Assembly (NCBI GenBank): GCA_902606665.1
Contig: CACLHE010000001.1
Span: forward strand, 1-60,965
Reading direction: 5' to 3'
DNA length: 60,965 bases
Origin: an uncultured Pelagibacteraceae bacterium
Lineage (GTDB): Bacteria > Pseudomonadota > Alphaproteobacteria > Pelagibacterales > Pelagibacteraceae
Made by a program: the position numbers and the translations under genes. Positions 1-10,147 of the stretch are shown here, one piece after another; the stretch's first letter is position 1, and every line of letters begins with the position of its first letter. Under the pieces are notes generated by a model that searched no databases, was not told where the DNA came from, and was given only the letters and a program-made list of their open reading frames with translations.

Positions 1-1539
1 AAAAATAATTCTTTTCCTGGAGAAATCGCTTTCAAATTATATGATACTTATGGTTTTCCATTAGATCTTACGGCAGATATTTTAAAAGCTAAAAATATTA
101 AAGTTGATAGCGCTGGTTTTGATAGGGAAATGGAAAAAAGTAAAAAATTGGCACGTGCTAACTGGAAAGGATCTGGCGATAAGTCACTAGAAGAAAAATG
201 GTTTAAGGTTAGAGAAAATCTTAGTCCCACAGAATTTTTGGGTTACGAGCTTGATAAACTTGAAGGAGTTGTTCTTAAAATATCAAAAGGTAAAGATTTT
301 GTTAACGAAGCAAAGGCTGGAGATGAAATAGAGATAGTAACAAATCAAACTCCTTTCTATGCTGAATCTGGAGGTCAAGTTGGTGATAAAGGAATTATTT
401 ATTCTAATGATTGCAAAGTAATTATTGAAGATACTCAAAAAAAAATGGGAGATCTTCATGTTCATTTAGGAAAAGTAGATAAAGGTATTTTAAAAGTTAA
501 TCAAAATGTAAACATGGAAATTGATACTGGTAGAAGAAACAGTTCCAGAGCATACCATTCAGCAACACACTTGCTTCATGAAGCCTTAAGAAGAACTCTT
601 GGAAAACATGTTACCCAAAAAGGCTCTCATGTAAGTCCGGAAAAACTTAGATTTGATTTTAGCCACAATAAACCTATTGAAAAAAAAGAAATTGAAAAAG
701 TAGAAAAATATGTCAATGACATGGTAAATACAGCAGCAGATGTTAAAACTAGAATTATGACACCCAAAGAAGCTGTGGAAAAAGGTGCTTTAGCTATGTT
801 TGGAGAAAAATACGGAGATGAAGTTAGAGTTTTATCTATGGGCAAGGAAAATGAAGGTTATTTTTCTACTGAACTCTGTGGCGGTACACATGTTAGAAAT
901 ACAAAAGATATTGGAAAGTTTAAAATAATAGGCCAATCATCAATTGCAGCTGGCGTCAGAAGAGTAGAGGCGTTAAGGCAAAAGCAATTGGAAGATTATG
1001 AAAAATCATTAGAAAAAGAAAAAAATTTAAAAGAAAGAAGTTTAAAGGATCAGATAGATTTAGTTAAAAAAGAGTTATTAAGTTTTAAAGCAAAGCCAGA
1101 TTATAAAGAAGATTTAGATATAAAAGAAAATATTAAAAACCTTAATAAACAACTAGATTCTATTAAAATTCAAAATATTATTAAGGATAAAAACAAGAAC
1201 GTTGTTAAGGACAAAAAAATAGGTTCTTTTATTTTAAGATATCAAGTTCTTATGGATTTTCCGACAAAAGAGCTAAGAAATGTAGTAGATCAAAGTAAAA
1301 AGGAAATAAAAAAAGGTATTGTAGTTGGATTTTCGACTTTTGAAGAAAAAGTCGGTGTTGCAGTAGGTATAACAAATGAATTAACTAAAAAATATGATGC
1401 AGTAGCACTTGTCAAAATTGCTTCAGAAGTACTTGGTGGTAAAGGCGGTGGAGGAAGAAAAGATTTTGCGCAAGCTGGAGGAATAAATAAAGATAAAGTT
1501 GAAGAAGCTTTTAAGGCAGTAACAAAAAAAATTAATTAA
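1..1539 (+). CDS. alaS: alanine--tRNA ligase, C-terminal 512 codons (5' end lies outside the window)
   Basis: Frame 1 is open from base 1 ([28 protein letters not shown]...), so the ATG listed at 130 is internal. It carries AlaRS editing-domain motifs ([20 protein letters not shown]) and the [17 protein letters not shown]-terminal tail. Confidence 0.95.
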   Translation, partial: KNNSFPGEIAFKLYDTYGFPLDLTADILKAKNIKVDSAGFDREMEKSKKLARANWKGSGDKSLEEKWFKVRENLSPTEFLGYELDKLEGVVLKISKGKDFVNEAKAGDEIEIVTNQTPFYAESGGQVGDKGIIYSNDCKVIIEDTQKKMGDLHVHLGKVDKGILKVNQNVNMEIDTGRRNSSRAYHSATHLLHEALRRTLGKHVTQKGSHVSPEKLRFDFSHNKPIEKKEIEKVEKYVNDMVNTAADVKTRIMTPKEAVEKGALAMFGEKYGDEVRVLSMGKENEGYFSTELCGGTHVRNTKDIGKFKIIGQSSIAAGVRRVEALRQKQLEDYEKSLEKEKNLKERSLKDQIDLVKKELLSFKAKPDYKEDLDIKENIKNLNKQLDSIKIQNIIKDKNKNVVKDKKIGSFILRYQVLMDFPTKELRNVVDQSKKEIKKGIVVGFSTFEEKVGVAVGITNELTKKYDAVALVKIASEVLGGKGGGGRKDFAQAGGINKDKVEEAFKAVTKKIN

Positions 1540-2746
1540 GAATTTTTTTTAGATTAACGTCTATTACTTCTAAAAATTGATTTGTAGTTAGATATTTTTG
1601 ATTTTTGCCTATTAATCGTGCTAGATCTTTAGTCATAGATCCATCTTCAACAGTTTTAATACAAACTTTTTCTAAAGCTTTCACAAAATTTTTCAAATCT
1701 TCGTTAGCGTCCAGTTTTCCTCTATGATATAAACCTCTTGCCCATGCAAAAATAGAAGCTATGGGATTTGTTGAAGTTTCCTTACCTTGCTGATGTAATC
1801 TAAAGTGTCTTGTTACAGTTCCATGTGCAGCCTCAGATTCTATAGTTTTACCATCTGGTGACATTAAAACACTAGTCATAAGACCCAAAGAGCCAAATCC
1901 TTGAGCAATCGTATCAGATTGCACATCTCCATCATAATTTTTACATGCCCAAATATAATTTCCATTCCACTTCATTGCGCATGCAACCATGTCATCTATA
2001 AGTCTATGCTCATAAGTTATTTTTCTTTCATTAAATTTTCTTTCAAATTCTTTTTCAAAAACTTCTTGAAACAAGTCTTTAAATCTACCATCATATTTTT
2101 TCAAAATAGTATTTTTAGTCGAAAGATAAACAGGCCACTTTCTATTTAATCCATAATTCATACAAGCTCTTGCAAAATCTTTAATAGATTCATCTAAATT
2201 ATACATTGACAGAGCAACACCAGGGCCATTAAAATTAAAAACTTCAAATTCTTTTTTTTCTTTACCATCTTCCGATGTCCATTTAATTTCTAACTTACCT
2301 TTGCCAGGCACTTTAAAATCTGTTGCCCTATATTGATCACCAAAAGCATGTCTTCCTATAACGATAGGATTAGTCCAGCTAGGAACAAGCTTAGGTATAT
2401 TTTTACAAATGATTGGCTCTCGAAAAACAGTACCTCCCAAAATATTTCTTATAGTACCGTTAGGAGATCTCCACATTTTTTTTAATTTAAATTCTTTAAC
2501 ACGATTTTCATCAGGTGTGATTGTTGCACACTTAATTCCAACACCAAATTTTTTAATAGCTTTGGCACAATCGATTGTGATTTTATCGGAAGTTATATCT
2601 CTATTTTTAATTCCTAAATCATAATATTCAATATTTAAATCCAAATAAGGTAAAATGAGTTTTTTTTTGATAAAATCCCATATAATTCGGGTCATTTCAT
2701 CGCCATCCATCTCGACAATAGGGTTTTTTACTTTAATTTTAGCCAT
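1532..2746 (-). CDS. icd: NADP-dependent isocitrate dehydrogenase (homodimeric, eukaryote-like subfamily)
   Basis: The 404-aa product shows full-length family resemblance ([55 protein letters not shown]). Its stop overlaps the alaS stop. Confidence 0.95.
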   Translation of the reverse strand: MAKIKVKNPIVEMDGDEMTRIIWDFIKKKLILPYLDLNIEYYDLGIKNRDITSDKITIDCAKAIKKFGVGIKCATITPDENRVKEFKLKKMWRSPNGTIRNILGGTVFREPIICKNIPKLVPSWTNPIVIGRHAFGDQYRATDFKVPGKGKLEIKWTSEDGKEKKEFEVFNFNGPGVALSMYNLDESIKDFARACMNYGLNRKWPVYLSTKNTILKKYDGRFKDLFQEVFEKEFERKFNERKITYEHRLIDDMVACAMKWNGNYIWACKNYDGDVQSDTIAQGFGSLGLMTSVLMSPDGKTIESEAAHGTVTRHFRLHQQGKETSTNPIASIFAWARGLYHRGKLDANEDLKNFVKALEKVCIKTVEDGSMTKDLARLIGKNQKYLTTNQFLEVIDVNLKKILN

Positions 2747-2820
2747 TAATTTTTATTTTAATTAATTGAATTAAATTATTAAATATACATATTAGCTTAA
2801 AATTAAAAAGAGTTTAAATT

Positions 2821-3471
2821 ATGTTTAAATTTATTGCACAAAAACTACATCCGGAAGGTTACAGGTTTGTTGCTATAGCAGCAGTAATTACATTTGTTTT
2901 ATTGCTCATTAATAATTATTTAGGATTAATAGCTTTAGTAATAACAATCTGGGTATATTATTTTTTTAGAGATCCAGAAAGATTTCCTATCAATGATGAA
3001 AATTATTTAGTAAGTCCAGCTGATGGAAAAATCACTCAAATTATAGAAACTAATGGGCCTATTGAATTAGGTTTAGAAAATAAAAAATTTACCAAAGTAA
3101 GCATTTTTATGGACGTTTTGTGCTGTCATGTTAATAGAGTTCCCTGCTCTGGGAAAATAGAAAAAATTTATTATAAACCAGGAAAATATATTAATGCGAC
3201 TCTCGATAAGTCTAGTGAAGACAATGAAAGAAATTATGTAAAAATGATCAATTCAAATAAAGAAGAAATTGTGATTGTTCAAGTAGCTGGTATGATCGCG
3301 AGAAGAATAGTTTGTGATGTTAAAGAAGGTAACAGTATTTCACAAGGAGATAGATTTGGTATGATAAGATTTGGAAGCAGGGTAGATCTATTTTTTGAAA
3401 ACTATAAGTTATTAGTGAATAAAGGACAAAATACAGCAGCTGGAGAAACTTTGTTAGCAATTAAAAAGTAA
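2821..3471 (+). CDS. psd: phosphatidylserine decarboxylase proenzyme (short alphaproteobacterial type)
   Basis: The 216-aa product has an N-terminal TM helix and an FGSR self-cleavage-type site (GMIRFGSRVDLFF). It lies directly upstream of pssA. Confidence 0.88.
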   Translation: MFKFIAQKLHPEGYRFVAIAAVITFVLLLINNYLGLIALVITIWVYYFFRDPERFPINDENYLVSPADGKITQIIETNGPIELGLENKKFTKVSIFMDVLCCHVNRVPCSGKIEKIYYKPGKYINATLDKSSEDNERNYVKMINSNKEEIVIVQVAGMIARRIVCDVKEGNSISQGDRFGMIRFGSRVDLFFENYKLLVNKGQNTAAGETLLAIKK

Positions 3472-3472
3472 A

Positions 3473-4264
3473 ATGATAGAAAATAAAAAAGAATTTAAAC
3501 TAATTACAAAAAAAAATCCAAAAATGCTTTTACCAAACGCTTTGACAATTTTTGGAGTTTGTTTGGGATTGAGCTCTATTAAATTCGCGATAGATTTAAA
3601 TTATTCAATGGCGGTAATTGCTATAGGTTTTGCTGCAATTCTGGATACATTGGATGGAAGAGTTGCTAGATTAATTAAAGGAACATCCAATATTGGTAAA
3701 GAACTAGATTCTCTCACCGATGTAATAAGTTTTGGGGTAGCTCCTGGTTTTGTAATGTATTTTTGGACTTTAAATGAAATTGGGAAATTAGGATGGATGC
3801 TTGTTTTAATTTATTCAGTATGTTGTGCGCTTCGGTTAGCCAGGTTTAACCTAACAACTATTAATGAAAATCAATCATGGAAAATAAATTTTTTTGAAGG
3901 CGTGCCTTCTCCAGCTGCAGCTGGTCTTGTACTATTACCATTAATATTTAGTTTAAGCGGTCTTATTGAAATTAAAAATTATTCGACTGTAAGCTCCATA
4001 ACAATTTTATTAACCTCAGTTTTAATGGTAAGTAAAATACCAACTTATTCTTTTAAGAGAATTATAATTCCAAGAAATTTAACAATATTTTTATTATTAG
4101 GAATTGGAATTTATGTAAGTCTTCTAATTTTTTATACTTTTGAGACTTTATTTTTTAGTGGTTTAGCTTATTTAATTGTTATTCCAATAAGTTATTTTCA
4201 TTTTAGAAGCAAAAACAAAATGATACCTGCAGAACACCACGAGGAAGACGAAGATATTTTATAA
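3473..4264 (+). CDS. pssA: CDP-diacylglycerol--serine O-phosphatidyltransferase
   Basis: It carries the CDP-alcohol phosphatidyltransferase motif DGRVARLIKGTSNIGKELDSLTDVISF (DGxxARx8Gx3Dx3D). The protein is polytopic and is coupled to psd with a 1-nt gap. Confidence 0.9.
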   Translation: MIENKKEFKLITKKNPKMLLPNALTIFGVCLGLSSIKFAIDLNYSMAVIAIGFAAILDTLDGRVARLIKGTSNIGKELDSLTDVISFGVAPGFVMYFWTLNEIGKLGWMLVLIYSVCCALRLARFNLTTINENQSWKINFFEGVPSPAAAGLVLLPLIFSLSGLIEIKNYSTVSSITILLTSVLMVSKIPTYSFKRIIIPRNLTIFLLLGIGIYVSLLIFYTFETLFFSGLAYLIVIPISYFHFRSKNKMIPAEHHEEDEDIL

Positions 4265-4286
4265 AAATTAATAAATATAGAAATAG

Positions 4287-4904
4287 TTGAAAAAAAATAA
4301 AATTTCAAAAAATTGGTTAATAAATCAAAAGAGAGATCGTTTTTTTAATCAATCAAAAGTTCAAGGTTATAGATCTAGATCAGCTTTTAAATTAATTGAG
4401 ATAGACAAAAAATTTAAATTTCTAAAAAAAAGCAAATCATTAATAGATTTAGGATCATGTCCGGGTGGTTGGTCGCAAGTTGCGAGAAAAGAAATAAGTA
4501 AAGGAAAAATTTTAGCTATCGATATTAAAGATATGGAAAATATAAATAATATTAGCTTTATAAAAGGAGACTTTAGAGAGAAGGATATACAAAAAAAAAT
4601 AATGCTTTATTTTGATAATAAAATAGACGTAGTCTTATCTGATATGGCAGCTAACACGACTGGTAACAAAACTTTGGACTCTTTTAGAACAGGTGAACTA
4701 TGCCTAGAGGCAATGAATTTAGCTATTGGGATCCTAAGTAAAGACGGTGTTTTTTTATCCAAAGTATTTATGGGAGCTATATTTGAAGAAATTTACAAAA
4801 AGGCTAAAAATTCCTTTATAAACGTAAATATTTGTAAACCACTATCTAGCAAAAAGGAGTCTAAAGAAATTTACATTTTTTGCAAAGGTATTTTAAAAAT
4901 ATGA
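4287..4904 (+). CDS. rlmE: 23S rRNA (uridine-2'-O)-methyltransferase RlmE/FtsJ
   Basis: GYRSRSAFKLIEID and the SAM-binding DLGSCPGGWSQVA motif are present. The start codon is TTG. Confidence 0.9.
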   Translation: MKKNKISKNWLINQKRDRFFNQSKVQGYRSRSAFKLIEIDKKFKFLKKSKSLIDLGSCPGGWSQVARKEISKGKILAIDIKDMENINNISFIKGDFREKDIQKKIMLYFDNKIDVVLSDMAANTTGNKTLDSFRTGELCLEAMNLAIGILSKDGVFLSKVFMGAIFEEIYKKAKNSFINVNICKPLSSKKESKEIYIFCKGILKI

Positions 4905-4921
4905 TACATAATGAATAAATC

Positions 4922-5383
4922 ATGAAAATAAAATTTAAAAATATTTTTTTTTTAACAATGATATTTGCTGTTTTCTTAATAGTAAGTACGAATGGAATAA
5001 CAAAAGAATCTAATTTTTTTGATAAGGGGATAGAATTTTTTAAAAAGAAAGATTATGAAAAATCAAAGATACAATTCGAAAAAGATATAGTTTTTGATCC
5101 CAAAAGTGAAAAATCGTATTTGTATTTGGCAAAGATATTTTATGAGAAAGATAACGATGAGGAGCAAGAGATTAATTTAAATAATGTTTTATTATTAAAT
5201 CCAAAAAATGATGAGGCTATATATATGCTAACAATCCTTAAGATAAAACAATCAGATTATGATCGTGCAAAAGAATTAATAGAAAAATTTTCTATGGTTT
5301 GTAAAACTTTTTGTTCAAAAAAGGAAGAAGTGCGTAAAAAGTTTAATAAATTAATACCTGAAAATGAAAAAAGTAACGATTAG
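4922..5383 (+). CDS. secreted or periplasmic TPR-repeat protein, function unknown
   Basis: There is an N-terminal signal or anchor helix (IFFLTMIFAVFLIVS), followed by TPR-like helical repeats (YEKSKIQFEKDIVFDPKSEKSYLYLAKIFYEKDN...). I could assign no specific family. Confidence 0.55.
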   Translation: MKIKFKNIFFLTMIFAVFLIVSTNGITKESNFFDKGIEFFKKKDYEKSKIQFEKDIVFDPKSEKSYLYLAKIFYEKDNDEEQEINLNNVLLLNPKNDEAIYMLTILKIKQSDYDRAKELIEKFSMVCKTFCSKKEEVRKKFNKLIPENEKSND

Positions 5384-6143
5384 TAAAATTAAAAAAAAAA
5401 AAGGAAAAAATCCGATTGTTTGTTTAACAGCATATTCAAAAACCATTGCAAAAGTTGCTGATAAATATTGTGATATAATTTTAATTGGAGATTCACTAGG
5501 AATGGTTTTGTACGGAATGAAAAGCACTAGAGATGTAAAATTACAAACAATGATTTTACATGCTAAAGCCGTAAAAGATTATACAAGTAAAAGTCTAGTA
5601 GTTTTTGACATGCCCTATAAAACTTATACAAATAAATTTAATGCATATAAAAATGCTAAAAAAGTAATTAGATTGACAAAATGTGATGCAGTTAAGTTAG
5701 AAGGTGGAAAAAAAGTTGCAAATATAATTAAATATCTTACAAAAAAGAAAATTCCAGTTATGGGTCATGTCGGTTTATTACCTCAAACTTCTCTAAATTT
5801 TAAAGTAAAAGGAAAAGATTTAAGTCAACAAAAAAAAATATTAGATGATGCAAAGATCATTTCTAACTCAGGAGTTTTTGCTATAATTATAGAATGTGTA
5901 GTTGAAAACTTGGCAAAGAAAATAACAAAGAGTGTTTCAGTCCCAACGATTGGTATAGGAGCATCGAAGCAATGTGATGGACAAATATTAGTAATAGATG
6001 ACATGCTTGGTATGAGCGATTATTACCCAAAATTTGTAAAAAAATATTCTAATTTAAAAAAAATTATAGAAAAGTCTGTAAAAACATACAGCAAAGATGT
6101 TAGATTAAGAAAATTTCCTTCTAAAAAATATATTTATAATTGA
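5364..6143 (+). CDS. panB: 3-methyl-2-oxobutanoate hydroxymethyltransferase
   Basis: VCLTAYS, IILIGDSLGMV, VKLEGG, PVMGHVGLLPQ and IGIGAS are typical PanB blocks. It overlaps the upstream ORF by 20 nt. Confidence 0.93.
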   Translation: MKKVTISKIKKKKGKNPIVCLTAYSKTIAKVADKYCDIILIGDSLGMVLYGMKSTRDVKLQTMILHAKAVKDYTSKSLVVFDMPYKTYTNKFNAYKNAKKVIRLTKCDAVKLEGGKKVANIIKYLTKKKIPVMGHVGLLPQTSLNFKVKGKDLSQQKKILDDAKIISNSGVFAIIIECVVENLAKKITKSVSVPTIGIGASKQCDGQILVIDDMLGMSDYYPKFVKKYSNLKKIIEKSVKTYSKDVRLRKFPSKKYIYN

Positions 6144-6155
6144 AAGATATTTTAT

Positions 6156-6803
6156 ATGACAGAAAACTTACAGGTACAGTATGATATTACAAAAAAATCA
6201 AAATTAAAAAAATTTTATGAATCAAATAAAATTTTAATTTATTCTTTTACTTCAATTATTGCTATTTTATTTATAATCTTTAATTTATACTTGGATAATA
6301 AAGAGAAGAAAAAAATTTCCCTTGCGGAAAGCTATGTAGAAGCAAAAATATATCTTGAAAGCGGAAACAAAGAAACAGCTACCAAAATTTTAAAGAATAT
6401 TATTTCTTCTAGCGATCCCACATATTCATCATTAAGTTTATTTTTATTAATTAACCAAAACTTAATAAAAGATAGCAATGAACTATCAAATTTATTTACA
6501 CAATTATTAGATAATAATACTTTTACAAATGAAATGAGAAATTTGCTGATTTATAAAAAGGCGTTATTAACCTCAGATTCCTCTAGTGAGTCAGAATTAT
6601 TACAATCATTAAAACCTCTATTAAGTGATGATGAAACGGTCTGGAAAGCCCATGCTTTGATATTAATGGGTGATTACTTTATCTCAAAAAAGGAAAATAT
6701 TAAGGCTATAGAATTTTATCAAAAAATTTTTAATATAAAGAATTTGCATGCAGATCTTTATAGTCATGCAAGACTTCAACTAACAATCATTTCGAATGAA
6801 TAA
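6156..6803 (+). CDS. YfgM-like membrane-anchored TPR protein
   Basis: A single N-terminal TM helix (ILIYSFTSIIAILFIIFNLYL) is followed by a helical-repeat domain. It overlaps the start of bamB, matching the yfgM-bamB arrangement known from E. coli. Confidence 0.6.
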   Translation: MTENLQVQYDITKKSKLKKFYESNKILIYSFTSIIAILFIIFNLYLDNKEKKKISLAESYVEAKIYLESGNKETATKILKNIISSSDPTYSSLSLFLLINQNLIKDSNELSNLFTQLLDNNTFTNEMRNLLIYKKALLTSDSSSESELLQSLKPLLSDDETVWKAHALILMGDYFISKKENIKAIEFYQKIFNIKNLHADLYSHARLQLTIISNE

Positions 6804-8145
6804 AAAAAAATATATATATTTTTTTTTAGTTTTTGTATTACTTTTTGGTTGTTCTTTCGATAATAAATCAGGAATCTGGAAAGGTGACGAAGATGAAAAG
6901 AGAAAAATTGCTGAGTTAGAGGAAGAGCAAAAAGCAAAAAAAAATACAACTAAAATTTATTCATCAGAAAGCAAATATTCAAAAGAAAAAAATATTTCAA
7001 CAAAAATTATAATATCAGAACCTAAAAGTAATTCATCATGGATTATGTCAGGACTTAATCATCAAAACTATCTAGGTAATCTTTATTTAACTGGAACAAA
7101 AAACAAATTTTTGAAAAAAAGAATAGGAAAAAATAAATTTTCTTTATCAAAAAATACAAATTCACCGTTAGCTCACAAAAAAAGTATAATTTTTTCAGAT
7201 GATAGAGGAACTATTTATAAAATCGGATATAGCGGTAAATTAAAATGGAAACAAAATATATATAAAAAAATATATAAAAAGGTATATAAAAACTTAACTA
7301 TTTCTATATATAAAAATAAAGTTTACATAGCTGATAACATTGGATTTATTTACTCGATAGATTTAGATAGTGGAAATCTTATCTGGATAAAAAATCATGG
7401 AATTCCACTAAAATCGAAAATAAAAATTTTTGATGATATGATATATTTAATAAATCAAGATAACAGACTGCTTTCATTAAGCATAAAAGATGGCTCTGTT
7501 AGATGGAATGTTCGTTCAATATCATCATTTATAAAATCTCAATCCCCATTGTCTTTGGCTATATCTAAAAAAGGTTATTTAATTGCCGTAACTTCATCAG
7601 GCGATTTATTAAAAGTCAACGCAAAAAATGGTAATCTGTTGTGGTCATTCAATTCGTTAGGATCCACACTTGCTCATGCGTCTGATTTCTTTAAATCTTC
7701 AGATATTGTAATAGCTGACGAAAATATTATTTTTTCAACTGAATCATCGATTTTCTCTTATGATTTAAACAATGGCTACGTTAATTGGCAGAGAGATGTA
7801 AGTTCTGTTGCCACGCCAATTATAGATAAAGAAAATATTTTTATTGTTACTGAAAACGGTTATTTTGTAATTATAGACATTTCTACTGGTAAAATAATAT
7901 CTTCTACAAATATTTTAAAAATATTAAAAAAGAAAAAACGAAACACAAGAATAGTAGGTTTTGTTATGGGTTCTAATAAAATTTATACTGTAACACAGAA
8001 TGGTTATATTATTATTAGCTCAGCGATAACTGGAAAAGTTGAAAATTTTATAAAAGTTGGTGCTTCAATTACATCTTCACCTATTATTAGTGATGGTAAA
8101 TTATTTTTATATACTAATACTTCAAAAATTATAGGATTTAACTAA
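6796..8145 (+). CDS. bamB: outer membrane protein assembly factor BamB (PQQ-like beta-propeller lipoprotein)
   Basis: A lipobox LFGC places Cys at residue 19. Repeated propeller-blade motifs follow (G.LIW, DGSVRWN, NGNLLWS, NGYVNWQ). Confidence 0.82.
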   Translation: MNKKKYIYFFLVFVLLFGCSFDNKSGIWKGDEDEKRKIAELEEEQKAKKNTTKIYSSESKYSKEKNISTKIIISEPKSNSSWIMSGLNHQNYLGNLYLTGTKNKFLKKRIGKNKFSLSKNTNSPLAHKKSIIFSDDRGTIYKIGYSGKLKWKQNIYKKIYKKVYKNLTISIYKNKVYIADNIGFIYSIDLDSGNLIWIKNHGIPLKSKIKIFDDMIYLINQDNRLLSLSIKDGSVRWNVRSISSFIKSQSPLSLAISKKGYLIAVTSSGDLLKVNAKNGNLLWSFNSLGSTLAHASDFFKSSDIVIADENIIFSTESSIFSYDLNNGYVNWQRDVSSVATPIIDKENIFIVTENGYFVIIDISTGKIISSTNILKILKKKKRNTRIVGFVMGSNKIYTVTQNGYIIISSAITGKVENFIKVGASITSSPIISDGKLFLYTNTSKIIGFN

Positions 8146-8155
8146 TTAATTATTT

Positions 8156-9592
8156 TTATTGATAATTTTTTGATATCAAAGAAGCTTGTTCCTCACCAAA
8201 GTCTTTTCTACTTGCATCAATAGGTTCAACAGGATATTCCCCTGTGAAACAATGGTCGGTAAATTGAGGATAAGAGTTATTTCTTTCTTTATGCCCCATA
8301 GATCGATACAAACCTTCAATTGATAAAAATTTTAATGAAGTCACTTTTATAAACTTTCTCATTTCTTCTATATTTAATTTTGAGGCCAAAAGCTCCTTTT
8401 TATCTGGTGTATCTACACCATAGTAATCAGGGTATTTAATAGGAGGTGATGCAATTCTGAGATGTATCTCCTTTGCTCCAGCTTCATAAAGCATTTTTAC
8501 TATTTTTAGTGATGTAGTTCCTCTAACTAAAGAATCATCAATTAGTATCAAAGATTTGTCTTTCACAAGCGGTCTATTGATATTATGTTTTAGTTTTACA
8601 CCAAAGCTTCTTATTTGTTGAGTAGGTTCAATAAAAGTTCTTCCAACATAATGATTTCTAATTATTCCTAATTCAACGTTTCTATTTATTTTTTCTGCAA
8701 AACCAATTGAAGCTGGAACTCCTGAATCAGGTACAGGCACCACTAAGTCAGCATCAACATTACTTTCTTTAGCTAACTCACATCCTAATCTTTTTCTATA
8801 TTCGTATACACTGATATTTTTAATAATACTGTCTGGTCTAGAAAAATAGATATATTCAAAAATACAGGGACGTTCTTTCATTTTTGGAAATGGTTTCAAA
8901 CTTTCCATACCATTTTCATCAATTATAACAATTTCTCCATTTTCAACTTCTCTAATAAACTTTGCTCCTATTATGTCTAAGGCACAAGTTTCTGAAGTTA
9001 AAATAAAAGATTTATTGAGTTTACCGATAACTAAAGGACGTATTCCAAAAGGATCTCTGATTCCGATTAATTTTTCCTTTGTAAGAACGGTTAATGCATA
9101 TCCTCCTTGTATTTTAAATAAAGCATCAATAATTTTTTCTACTATTTTTAATCTTTTTGATTTAGCTATGAGTTGAACGATAGTTTCCGTATCAGAAGTT
9201 GATTGAAAAATAGAACCATTTTTAACCAGCTCTTCTCTAAGATGTAGAGCATTACATAAATTTCCATTATGAGCTATACTTATTCCACCTTTATGCAGAT
9301 CAGCAAAAAAAGGTTGTATATTTTTGATTAAATTATTTCCCGCTGTAGAATAACGATTATGACCAATTGCATTTTTTCCAGGCAATCTTTTAATTACTTT
9401 TCCTTTAGTAAAATTATCTCCAACCAATCCAAATCTTCTTTCTGCATAAAAATTCTTACTATCGCATGTAACAATACCACAAGCTTCTTGACCTCGGTGT
9501 TGTAATGCATGCAACCCTAATGCAGTTAGAGTAGCGGCTTCTTTATTATTGAATATACCAAAAATTCCACACTCTTCTTTTATTCTATCCAT
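8156..9592 (-). CDS. purF: amidophosphoribosyltransferase
   Basis: It has an N-terminal CGIFGI nucleophile, a glutamine amidotransferase class II domain, and the PRTase motif LILIDDSLVRGTT. Confidence 0.96.
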   Translation of the reverse strand: MDRIKEECGIFGIFNNKEAATLTALGLHALQHRGQEACGIVTCDSKNFYAERRFGLVGDNFTKGKVIKRLPGKNAIGHNRYSTAGNNLIKNIQPFFADLHKGGISIAHNGNLCNALHLREELVKNGSIFQSTSDTETIVQLIAKSKRLKIVEKIIDALFKIQGGYALTVLTKEKLIGIRDPFGIRPLVIGKLNKSFILTSETCALDIIGAKFIREVENGEIVIIDENGMESLKPFPKMKERPCIFEYIYFSRPDSIIKNISVYEYRKRLGCELAKESNVDADLVVPVPDSGVPASIGFAEKINRNVELGIIRNHYVGRTFIEPTQQIRSFGVKLKHNINRPLVKDKSLILIDDSLVRGTTSLKIVKMLYEAGAKEIHLRIASPPIKYPDYYGVDTPDKKELLASKLNIEEMRKFIKVTSLKFLSIEGLYRSMGHKERNNSYPQFTDHCFTGEYPVEPIDASRKDFGEEQASLISKNYQ

Positions 9593-10147
9593 CTAAATTT
9601 TTTCTAATTTTTCTTCGGTTTGATCATAGTAATCTTGTCTATTTGGGAACTCATCAACCAAAAATACACTTCCCTTATATATTATTTCAAAAGAATAAGT
9701 ATCTTTGGTTTTGATTGGCCAATTTTCGTGTGGATAAAACCAATTAAGTAATGAAAATACGCAAACACAAATTATATAACCTTTAAAAATTCCAAATATT
9801 ATTCCAAAACTTTTATCCACTGAACCAAGGCCAGTATATGTAACTGCCCTGCTAATGGCTTTTCCTATATTAATTATTACAAAAAGTGAAACTATGTATA
9901 CAAATATTCCAAGGCCAATATCAGTTATAAATTTTGATTCGATATAATCTTGTATCCAAGGGTTTAATTTTGGTACCAATATTATCGTTATAATCAAAGC
10001 TAACAACCACTTTGAAAATGATAATAAACTCATCATGAATCCTTTTGCGGCACACTGTGCCATTGAATAAATAGTAATTAGAAAAACAACAAGATCAAAT
10101 GCAGATATATTATTTTGTATAAATTCTATTATTTCAGACATTTCCAA
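9593..10147 (-). CDS. cvpA: CvpA family membrane protein (colicin V production protein homologue)
   Basis: The 184-aa product has four hydrophobic helices. It lies immediately upstream of purF, as in the conserved cvpA-purF pair. Confidence 0.8.
   Translation of the reverse strand: MEMSEIIEFIQNNISAFDLVVFLITIYSMAQCAAKGFMMSLLSFSKWLLALIITIILVPKLNPWIQDYIESKFITDIGLGIFVYIVSLFVIINIGKAISRAVTYTGLGSVDKSFGIIFGIFKGYIICVCVFSLLNWFYPHENWPIKTKDTYSFEIIYKGSVFLVDEFPNRQDYYDQTEEKLEKI

Noticed and set aside
7255-7325. Repetitive ATATATAAAAA-type DNA inside bamB.
   Set aside because: It encodes an in-frame K/Y/I-rich segment (IYKKIYKKVYKNLTISIYKNKVYI) of the propeller protein. It has no spacer-repeat architecture and is not a CRISPR array or a mobile element.
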